Below the pieces are notes generated by a model. That model was not told the origin of the DNA and did not search any database. It worked only from the letters and a program-made list of their open reading frames with translations. Below, one piece after another: positions 28,452 through 35,073 of a stretch of 35,073 nucleotides of DNA. The translations under genes were made by a program, and so were the position numbers. Positions within the stretch are counted from its first letter, which is position 1. Each line of letters begins with the position of its first letter. This DNA comes from a virus (lineage: Duplodnaviria; Caudoviricetes), in the IMG/VR virus record IMGVR_UViG_3300042288_000046, positions 1 to 35,073 of that record; one strand, written 5' to 3'.

Positions 28452-28689
28452 CTTCACCATCCGCAGGAGTAGGTACTGTTACTTGTGCTCCACACAATGC
28501 ACACTCTGCATCTGTGAACCAAAGCGAAATTTCATTTTCCTCAAACATGCAGCCGACTTTAAAAAGTCGTGAGCCACAAGGACAAACATGCGTAGGAATA
28601 CCACGATAGTTAGCCAGCATGCTAGACTTGGGCTTCCGCTTGAGCCTAGATACAATTAACCAGTTCATCACGAACAGGAGTGTAATCAA
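28438..28689 (-). CDS. Small Zn-binding hypothetical protein (start uncertain; ATG at 28620 possible)
   Basis: THVCPCGS...ECALCG. Confidence 0.65.
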   Translation of the reverse strand: MITLLFVMNWLIVSRLKRKPKSSMLANYRGIPTHVCPCGSRLFKVGCMFEENEISLWFTDAECALCGAQVTVPTPADGEDATV

Positions 28690-28780
28690 CTTTTTAAAAA
28701 ATTACATGGATGTAATTCATCGGCGTGTCGCAGAATAGATGAGACATTGTGTAGTAAACTCCTCTATTGCAAAGGAGAAA
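28681..28780. promoter_or_regulatory. Divergent control region
   Basis: Palindrome AATTACAT-GG-ATGTAATT (28700-28717), CGGCGTGTCG (28721-28730), -10-like TAAACT (28755-28760), SD AAAGGAG. Confidence 0.55.
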
Positions 28781-28781
28781 A

Positions 28782-29621
28782 ATGACACTAGAAGAAAAGA
28801 CTGGGAAGAACTACATCTCCCACAGTGCCATGTCTACATGGCTTAATTGTGGTTGGTCGTATTATCTATCCCGTATTCAGAATGTCCCGCAGAACCCATC
28901 CTACTGGCTAGTAGGGGGTAAGGCACTCCATGAGTTAACCGAAATCTACGATGCACTACCACTGGGTAGCCCGTTTGATACCACTGCTGTATTTAATCAG
29001 CGATGGAATGAGAACTACAAGCAGGCTGACAATGGCATGGAGTTCCGTGCTGGTGGCAGAGCAACCAAGGCGTATCCCAACAAAGAGGATGCATCATGGT
29101 GGTTAGATAACGGACCCAAGATGGGTGACTTCTGGGTGCAGTTCCGTCATGACAGTGGCTATCAGATGTACCACCTACCAGACGGAGCACCTGCTATCGA
29201 AACCGAACTCAATGTGGAGGTTGGTGGAGTTAACATGAAAGGATTTCTTGACCGCCTTATGGTTGCGCCAACAGGCGAACTTGTCGTGGTGGACATCAAG
29301 ACATCCAGTAAAGCACCAATGACATACACTCAGTTAGGCACCTACGCCATTATGACTGAGAAGTTATTGGGTATTCGCCCTACCTTGGGGGCATACTTCA
29401 TGGCTCGTACTGGTGAGTTAACACCTCCAGTAGACCTATCGCACTACACAGAACCACGCCTTGCACAATGGGTAAGTGGATTCAAGATTGCCGTTGACAA
29501 CAACATCTTTATCCCACAGCCAGGATTTATGTGTGGTACATGTTCAGTCAACAAGGCATGCTATGCAGTAAAAGGTGAAGATTCACACATGTACCCCGAA
29601 CTAGGAGAAACAAATGAGTAA
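28782..29621 (+). CDS. PD-(D/E)XK exonuclease (RecB/Cas4-like)
   Basis: SHSAMSTWLNC, GKALHE, GFLDRL...VVDIKT, QLGTY, C-terminal CGTCSVNKAC. Confidence 0.88.
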   Translation: MTLEEKTGKNYISHSAMSTWLNCGWSYYLSRIQNVPQNPSYWLVGGKALHELTEIYDALPLGSPFDTTAVFNQRWNENYKQADNGMEFRAGGRATKAYPNKEDASWWLDNGPKMGDFWVQFRHDSGYQMYHLPDGAPAIETELNVEVGGVNMKGFLDRLMVAPTGELVVVDIKTSSKAPMTYTQLGTYAIMTEKLLGIRPTLGAYFMARTGELTPPVDLSHYTEPRLAQWVSGFKIAVDNNIFIPQPGFMCGTCSVNKACYAVKGEDSHMYPELGETNE

Positions 29622-30048
29622 CGAAAACGCAGCAATTCAAATCAACTTCAAGACAAAGAAGGATGGCATGCTCATCAACCTTCGCGCAGGCGATGTTGCT
29701 GAACTTGACCTACTGATTGATGGCTTGACTCAGCGCCTTGCTACATTGATTGACCTTGAGACAACCACTGAATCCATGGCTACAGTTAAGACTGTATTTC
29801 CTGGAGCAGAGGTAATCAATCAAGGTGCAGCACCAATGCCTGCATACGCACAGCCAGCACAGCATGCACAACCTGCTGCTCAAGGCTACGCACCAGCACC
29901 TGCTGCTACACCAATGTGTACATGCGGTGGTGGACCAATGCGTTTGGTCAAGGCTGGTATCTCAAAGTCAACAGGCAAGCCATACCGCGCCTTCTTCTCA
30001 TGCCCACAGCCACAAGGCTCACAGTGTAACAACCGTCAGAACGCGTAG
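29614..30048 (+). CDS. Hypothetical protein with a C-terminal GRF-like zinc finger
   Basis: CTCGGGPM...TGKPYRAFFSCP...QC after a Pro/Ala/Gln linker. Confidence 0.7.
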   Translation: MSNENAAIQINFKTKKDGMLINLRAGDVAELDLLIDGLTQRLATLIDLETTTESMATVKTVFPGAEVINQGAAPMPAYAQPAQHAQPAAQGYAPAPAATPMCTCGGGPMRLVKAGISKSTGKPYRAFFSCPQPQGSQCNNRQNA

Positions 30049-30051
30049 TAC

Positions 30052-30831
30052 ATGCGCCGTTTATCCCGTGCTATCAAGACTGCCTCGCAAGGGGGTGCCA
30101 CATTACCTACGGTGTGGCGCTCACTTGCGGAGCAACAGATAGCGTTTAGACGGGGGGAAGTGAGCATGGTTGCAGGTCCTCCAGGTTCAGGTAAATCTAC
30201 CTTTGCCTTGTCACTTGCAGTCCATGCTCAAGTTCCTACCTTGTACATCTCAGCAGATACTCACTCACATACTATGAGTTTGCGTTTGCTTGCGATGATT
30301 ACAGGCAGACCACAACAAGAAGTAGAACCACTGATGGAAGCAGACAGAGAGTGGGCAGCGCAGATGCTCAAGCCTGCTGACCACATCATGTGGGAGTTTG
30401 ACTCAGCACCTACGCTTAAGGATGTAGAGGATGCAGTCCTCGCATCACGAGAACGCCTTGGTCAAGATGTTGAACTCATCGTGCTTGACAATGCAGTGGA
30501 TGTAACCCTTGATGGACAAGATGAGTGGGGTGGACTACGCCTTCTCATGCGTGAACTCAAGTGGTGGGCTAGAGAAACTGGCGCTGCTGTTGTTGTTTGC
30601 CACCATACAAGTCAGGGAGTTGTGGGTAATCCTTGCCCACCAAGCAGTTCCCTGCATGGAAAGATTGCTCAGACCCCTTCGTTAATCCTTACTGTGTATA
30701 ACCAAATCGCTTCGATGGGTGTGTGTGCGGTAAAGAATCGTTATGGTCCAGCCGATTCGACAGGCGCAAGTCCAGTGTGGCTTGCATACAACCCAGCCAG
30801 TATGCAACTGGCAGATTTATTACAGGCATAA
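30052..30831 (+). CDS. DnaB/RecA-family ATPase (helicase core only)
   Basis: GPPGSGKST, LYISAD, LIVLDN, CHH, VKNRYGP. Confidence 0.85.
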   Translation: MRRLSRAIKTASQGGATLPTVWRSLAEQQIAFRRGEVSMVAGPPGSGKSTFALSLAVHAQVPTLYISADTHSHTMSLRLLAMITGRPQQEVEPLMEADREWAAQMLKPADHIMWEFDSAPTLKDVEDAVLASRERLGQDVELIVLDNAVDVTLDGQDEWGGLRLLMRELKWWARETGAAVVVCHHTSQGVVGNPCPPSSSLHGKIAQTPSLILTVYNQIASMGVCAVKNRYGPADSTGASPVWLAYNPASMQLADLLQA

Positions 30832-30840
30832 GGAGAAGTT

Positions 30841-31167
30841 ATGACACCTAAATGGGAAATCAAAGTGGTGGAAAATGCGGGAGAACTGCAGGGTAGTTTA
30901 AACGCAGAGGATGTAGTCGTCCCAACTAAGCCATTGATTACAGACATTAAATCGCAGTTGATGTTTATACCGAAACAGTTTTCATGGACAGTGGGATGGA
31001 GAGCGTATGTTTGGCAGGAAGAAGAAAGCGGAAGATTCAAAGACCTCACAGATGAGGAATTCAAAAGACTCCTTGATGAAGGCACTATCAGTTACACCAG
31101 AGATGATGGAACAGGCAGTGATGTCAGCGAAACAAATTCCAGCGGAGATGAAACAAGCAATACTTGA
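30841..31167 (+). CDS. Hypothetical protein
   Basis: 108 aa, SD AAGGAG. Confidence 0.7.
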   Translation: MTPKWEIKVVENAGELQGSLNAEDVVVPTKPLITDIKSQLMFIPKQFSWTVGWRAYVWQEEESGRFKDLTDEEFKRLLDEGTISYTRDDGTGSDVSETNSSGDETSNT

Positions 31168-31426
31168 TGGACTACCAGAGTTTATTGAACGCATTGATGA
31201 GGCTACACAAAAAATCTACGACCCATCACAAGTCTGGTTTGAATCTTTACAGTTCGCTGATTATGTTGGGCAGTTGGCTGAACATCTTACTGAGGACCAC
31301 GGACCAGAGTGCAGAGAAGAAATCGCAACCCAACTCCGACTCATGAGTGAGTCATGGAAAGACCTAGCAGAGAACGCAATGGAAGTACTCGACAAGTCAG
31401 AGGAAGTGTTTAAACATGGCGCATAG
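31007..31426 (+). CDS. Hypothetical helical protein (start uncertain)
   Basis: 139-aa ORF, GGAG upstream, fills 31167-31416. Confidence 0.6.
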   Translation: MFGRKKKAEDSKTSQMRNSKDSLMKALSVTPEMMEQAVMSAKQIPAEMKQAILDGLPEFIERIDEATQKIYDPSQVWFESLQFADYVGQLAEHLTEDHGPECREEIATQLRLMSESWKDLAENAMEVLDKSEEVFKHGA

Positions 31427-32144
31427 TAGTAAAGAAACATTATCAGTTATTTGGTGTGACAACGGGAACACTGACGGCAAGTTCACAGAGGGCTTGGTAT
31501 ACAGCATCATCACTGGTGAGGTGCCATTCCATAACGCTATCCGTGTACAGGGTAATCAGATTGCACGCCAACGACAGGCTGCCTTCGAGATGTGGAACAA
31601 GGTCGGTACTGATTGGGCGTTGTGGGTTGACTCTGACATTGTACTTACCAAAGAAGTAGTCAAGACTCTATGGGATACCGCTGACAAGATTGCTCGTCCA
31701 GTTGTAAGTGGTGTTTACTTTATCTCTAAGCAGATGGAGAACTCATTGATGATGCCTATGCCTGCCATCTTTGATGAGGGTGGGAATGAGTACGAGATTA
31801 AACATCATCATCCACTGCCACGCAATCAAGTCATCAAGGTTGATAGCGCTGGCTTAGGTCTGGTCTTAATGCATAAGTCTATTATCAAAGCATTGCATGA
31901 GAAGTTTGGTGAGTCTGACTTTGTGTTTGCTGAGAACAACGCAAGCGGTGAACAGTTTATTGGTGAGGACATCGCCTTCTTCCGCAAGGTTAAGGCTGCT
32001 GGTGTACCAGTTGTGGCTAACACTGGTGCATTGGTCAAGCACATGAAGCGCTTTGCCTTCGATGATAATTACTATAACCTCTACTGGGCAGCCATTGAAA
32101 GCGCAGAAAGGAATCAGCAAAATGCCAACACAGCAAGCGAGTAA
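31416..32144 (+). CDS. Glycosyltransferase-like protein (GT-A / GT2)
   Basis: IARQRQ, WALWVDSD (DxD), SAGLGLVLM, GEDIAFF...VKH. Confidence 0.75.
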   Translation: MAHSSKETLSVIWCDNGNTDGKFTEGLVYSIITGEVPFHNAIRVQGNQIARQRQAAFEMWNKVGTDWALWVDSDIVLTKEVVKTLWDTADKIARPVVSGVYFISKQMENSLMMPMPAIFDEGGNEYEIKHHHPLPRNQVIKVDSAGLGLVLMHKSIIKALHEKFGESDFVFAENNASGEQFIGEDIAFFRKVKAAGVPVVANTGALVKHMKRFAFDDNYYNLYWAAIESAERNQQNANTASE

Positions 32145-32487
32145 CAAGCGCAGAGGTGCTGCATTTGAAATAGAACTAGCAGACTGGCTTATGGCACAGG
32201 GTTTAAACGCACAGCGTTTGCCAAGAGCGGGGCGCAATGACATCGGAGATGTCTACCTTCCTGCTAATACTGATGGCTATGTCATTGAAGCAAAGGCACC
32301 ACGCCGTGATGGTCGTATTGATTTGAGTGGATGGTTGCGTGAGGCTGAGATTGAAGCAGAGAACTATCGTGTGCAGAAAAGACTGGTGCTCGCACCATCC
32401 CCATTAGTAATTATTAAGGCAAGCAATAAGGGGATTGGAGAGTCGTATGTCGTACAGAGGCTCCGTGATGCACTCCCAAAACTCTAA
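32122..32487 (+). CDS. Holliday junction resolvase (Hjc-like)
   Basis: KRRGAAFE...GDV...VIEAK. Confidence 0.8.
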   Translation: MPTQQASNKRRGAAFEIELADWLMAQGLNAQRLPRAGRNDIGDVYLPANTDGYVIEAKAPRRDGRIDLSGWLREAEIEAENYRVQKRLVLAPSPLVIIKASNKGIGESYVVQRLRDALPKL

Positions 32488-32845
32488 GCATGACATCGTT
32501 AAAGTACTAGAACACTACGGATTTACAGTACCAACTAATCGTGGTGGTTGGGTAACAGTGCGCTGTGCCTTCCACAATGATAAGGTTAAGTCAGCGCGTT
32601 TAAACATAGACAACGGTGGTTTCCGCTGCTTTGCATGCGAGATGTCTGGTGATGTCTACTCACTCATTATGAAGAAAGAAGGAGTTACCTATGTCAAGGC
32701 TCTCGAAATCGCAGAGGGAATTACTGGCGAAAGCAACAGAGAACTACGAAAGAAACCTAGACGAGGTGGCTCCGTATCTGGAGAGTCGAGGTATAACCAA
32801 GGAGACAGCACTTATGTTCCGCCTCGGCTTCGTAAAGAATCCTGA
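32468..32845 (+). CDS. Primase zinc-binding (CHC2) subunit
   Basis: CAFHND...SARLN...FRCFAC...GDVYSLI. Confidence 0.85.
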   Translation: MHSQNSKHDIVKVLEHYGFTVPTNRGGWVTVRCAFHNDKVKSARLNIDNGGFRCFACEMSGDVYSLIMKKEGVTYVKALEIAEGITGESNRELRKKPRRGGSVSGESRYNQGDSTYVPPRLRKES

Positions 32846-33311
32846 GACAGGACACGAACCATACCAAGGCAAGTTGGCTATCCCATACCTGACACCATCA
32901 GGAGTAATTGACATACGCTTTCGCAGTTTAAACGCAGATAGCGGACCGAAGTATCTATCAAGACCTGGTGCAAGCACACACATTTTTAATGTGGCTGCAT
33001 TGAATACAGACTCTGATGTGCTGGTCATTTGTGAGGGTGAGATTGACACGATGATTGCTACACAAGTGGGCTTCTCTGCTGTTGGTTTGCCTGGTGCTAA
33101 TAACTGGAAACCATTTTATACAAGAGTCCTTGCGGATTGGGAAAAGATTATGTTGTTCTGTGATGGTGACAACGCTGGTAAGGAGATGGCTAAGACAATT
33201 ACTCGTGAACTGGACAATGTGTTCCCAATCTTTATGCCTGAGAACTGTGATGTGAATGATGTGTACCTCGCCGAGGGCGCAGAAGGACTACATAAACGAG
33301 CGGGTGTTTAA
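32691..33311 (+). CDS. Primase TOPRIM subunit
   Basis: YLESRGI, IPY, KYL, ICEGEID, DGDNAG, DVND; own SD AAGGAG. Confidence 0.88.
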   Translation: MSRLSKSQRELLAKATENYERNLDEVAPYLESRGITKETALMFRLGFVKNPETGHEPYQGKLAIPYLTPSGVIDIRFRSLNADSGPKYLSRPGASTHIFNVAALNTDSDVLVICEGEIDTMIATQVGFSAVGLPGANNWKPFYTRVLADWEKIMLFCDGDNAGKEMAKTITRELDNVFPIFMPENCDVNDVYLAEGAEGLHKRAGV

Positions 33312-33313
33312 AC

Positions 33314-33721
33314 ATGGCAAAGAACTCATCATTTGATTTAGATTTTGGATACGGTAGAAAAGGCGAGCAGTTAGTAGAGGAACTGTTAACCGAAGGCAAG
33401 ACTATAGAAGTCAAGCGTGACCGCAAATGGTGGGTTACTAACAATCTTTACATTGAAGTTGAGTGCTGGTTTATGAAGTCTAAATCATGGGAGCCATCGG
33501 GCATCATGGTTACTGAGGCTGCATACTGGGCATTTGTATTAGAAAAGGGTGTGCTCATGGTACCAACAAGCCATGTGTTGTACGCCATTAAAGAGTTTGG
33601 CAGAGAAATTACTTGCGAGATACCTCCGAACAAGAGTAAAGGTTATCTGATTACAGTAGATGATTTGCTCACAGCAATGCGTAAGTTAAAGAATGAGAAA
33701 GAAGAACCCAAAGATGGATGA
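33314..33721 (+). CDS. Hypothetical protein, PD-(D/E)XK-like
   Basis: GE...IEVKRD...NLYIE...PSGI pattern. Confidence 0.6.
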   Translation: MAKNSSFDLDFGYGRKGEQLVEELLTEGKTIEVKRDRKWWVTNNLYIEVECWFMKSKSWEPSGIMVTEAAYWAFVLEKGVLMVPTSHVLYAIKEFGREITCEIPPNKSKGYLITVDDLLTAMRKLKNEKEEPKDG

Positions 33722-34385
33722 GCAAGACAAGGTATGGGAAACTATCTATGGCACAGCACGACAGGTTGCATCGCGCAGTAACCGCATCCATCGTGGACTT
33801 GTAACTACTGATGATGTGTACCAACACCTATCTTTGTGGGCATTAGAACACTGGCACAAGATAGAAGAATGGGAACAGCAAGAGTCGTTGAAGTTTAAAC
33901 TGCGCCGTACTTTCTACAATGAAGCACAGAAGTATGTTGCAAAAGAACGCATGCACCATTCACGCACGCCTATGTCTGACAGTTTTTACTACACCCATGA
34001 AGTACTACACGAACTATTGCGTGATGTGTGGGAGCATGAAGGGTGGACAGATACAGCAGACTTAAGCAATGAGTATGTGTCTAAGTCAAGCAAGCCAGCA
34101 GAAGGTGGCAACCGAATGGCTTTGCTATCTGATGTGGCGGCAGGGCTAAAGCGTTTAAACGATGCAGACCAGGCGCTGCTGCGGCTAAGATACGCTGATG
34201 GTGGCATGGAGTTTGATGCTTTGGCTGAGGAATACCAAGCAACAGAGGAAGCCATACGCAAGCGTGTCAAGAGGGCGTTGACTAAGTTGCAAGATAGATT
34301 AGGTGGCGAAGCGCCAGTGTGGTATGGGCGTAGGCGTAACCGCAGTAATGCAGAAGCACGAGAGGAAGTAAAGAACAATGACTAA
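33714..34385 (+). CDS. RNA polymerase sigma-factor-like protein
   Basis: DDVYQHL (region 2-like); LKRLNDADQALLRLRY...LAEEY...AIRKRVKRALTKL (region 4 HTH). Confidence 0.75.
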   Translation: MDEQDKVWETIYGTARQVASRSNRIHRGLVTTDDVYQHLSLWALEHWHKIEEWEQQESLKFKLRRTFYNEAQKYVAKERMHHSRTPMSDSFYYTHEVLHELLRDVWEHEGWTDTADLSNEYVSKSSKPAEGGNRMALLSDVAAGLKRLNDADQALLRLRYADGGMEFDALAEEYQATEEAIRKRVKRALTKLQDRLGGEAPVWYGRRRNRSNAEAREEVKNND

Positions 34386-34467
34386 GAAGAAACTAATACG
34401 GATTGTAGTATTGATTGAGATTGTACTTGTAATTGTAATGCTTAAGTTAGTGATGGACTACAAATGA
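34378..34467 (+). CDS. 29-aa single-TM peptide (MTKKKLIRIVVLIEIVLVIVMLKLVMDYK)
   Basis: Translated by hand; overlaps both neighbours; GAGGA upstream. Confidence 0.55.
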   Translation: MTKKKLIRIVVLIEIVLVIVMLKLVMDYK

Positions 34468-35000
34468 TTATAGGTTTGAGTGGGTATGCACGCAGTGGTA
34501 AAGATACAGTTGCTGAACTGTTGTGTTTAAACTATGGATACAAGCGCGTATCATTTGCTGACCCAATGCGTGAGGCACTGTTGCGTTTAAACCCTACTAT
34601 CAACCATGAACCTCTGGCTCATCTGGTGAATGATTATGGTTGGGATGTAGCCAAGACTAACCCTGAGGTGCGCCGTTTGTTACAAGTGTTTGGCACCGAA
34701 GTTGGTAGAGAAATGTTTGGCGAGAACTTCTGGGTTGACTTAGCGTTTAAACAAGTGCAGCAAGAGCGCGTTGTGTTTGCTGATGTTCGCTTTCCTAATG
34801 AAGCACAAGCCATAATCAAAAGAGGTGGGCAAGTGTGGCGTGTACAGCGTGAAGGACACAAGCCTGTGAACTTACATGCATCTGAAACTGCAATGGATAA
34901 CTGGCGCTTTGATGATTTGATTCTTAATCATGGCAACCTTGATGACCTAGCCGATGAAGTCTTTATGTTGGCTAAGCAAAAAGAAATTAACTTGGCATAA
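34464..35000 (+). CDS. Deoxynucleoside monophosphate kinase
   Basis: IIGLSGYARSGKDT, SFADPMR, RRLLQVFGTEVGR, DVRFPNE, HASE. Confidence 0.9.
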   Translation: MIIGLSGYARSGKDTVAELLCLNYGYKRVSFADPMREALLRLNPTINHEPLAHLVNDYGWDVAKTNPEVRRLLQVFGTEVGREMFGENFWVDLAFKQVQQERVVFADVRFPNEAQAIIKRGGQVWRVQREGHKPVNLHASETAMDNWRFDDLILNHGNLDDLADEVFMLAKQKEINLA

Positions 35001-35004
35001 AAGA

Positions 35005-35050
35005 AGAAGCACCGCGAGGGACTGGAACCTCAAGCGGTGCTTCTCTGTTG
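35005..35050. terminator. Stem-loop terminator after the dNMP kinase gene
   Basis: AGAAGCACCGC (35005-35015) pairs with GCGGTGCTTCT (35034-35044); inner GAGG/CCTC. Confidence 0.7.
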
Positions 35051-35073
35051 TAGCCTATCAGACTACGAACGAA

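Noticed and set aside
28554-28569. Inverted repeat CGACTTT-AA-AAAGTCG
   Set aside because: A single short palindrome inside a coding region with no supporting context; compatible with chance
28782-29621. Cas4-like nuclease as evidence of a CRISPR system
   Set aside because: No repeat-spacer array or other cas genes; standalone RecB/Cas4-like nucleases are common in phage replication modules
165-34752. GTTTAAAC copies as cloning scars (PmeI) or -1 frameshift slippery sites
   Set aside because: They sit seamlessly in intact reading frames in several phases and in intergenic DNA, with natural near-variants; the heptamer is not in a consistent slippery phase
1380-34861. Numerous short alternative-frame and antisense ORFs in the ORF track
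   Set aside because: They lie inside well-supported genes, lack SD sites or motifs, and are expected shadows of biased codon usage
1-35073. tRNA genes, integrase/att site, genetic-code reassignment
   Set aside because: No cloverleaf or recombinase motifs found by eye; genes tile densely under the standard code

Overview
This window is most or nearly all of a ~35 kb tailed dsDNA bacteriophage genome of podovirus-like design: no tape measure or sheath, large internal/ejection proteins, and an N4-gp56-type major capsid protein. The host is probably a low-GC freshwater actinobacterium. That is an inference from the FmdB zinc ribbon, the split CHC2/TOPRIM primase, the Cas4/RecB-like nuclease, the sigma-like gene, TANNNT -10 elements and GACAC boxes. 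Layout on the + strand: structured left end and promoter, terminase, portal, 2245-aa internal virion protein plus three more putative internal proteins, scaffold, MCP, small basic proteins, tail adaptor and fibres, an AT-richer accessory cassette (sulfotransferase-like, dUTPase-fold-like, APS kinase/HxGH nucleotidyltransferase, DUF2061-like), tail nozzle-like protein, lysis genes and a bidirectional terminator. Two small minus-strand Zn-binding genes follow, then a divergent control region and a replication/early module (nuclease, helicase, glycosyltransferase, resolvase, split primase, sigma factor, dNMP kinase). I saw no integrase, DNA polymerase, tRNA or CRISPR array. Most notable: (1) the giant protein carries an R-S-ExE ADP-ribosyltransferase apparently nested inside a second ART-like (YHGT) domain, followed by a possible SAM-lyase-like domain; (2) a candidate PAPS-synthesis plus sulfotransferase (virion sulfation) cassette sits in the tail module; (3) the palindrome GTTTAAAC occurs 20 times by manual count, while several 4-bp palindromes appear absent; (4) a perfect CRP-type site lies upstream of the packaging operon; (5) there are candidate pseudoknotted intergenic RNAs. 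All family assignments come from motif recognition by eye, not from searches.
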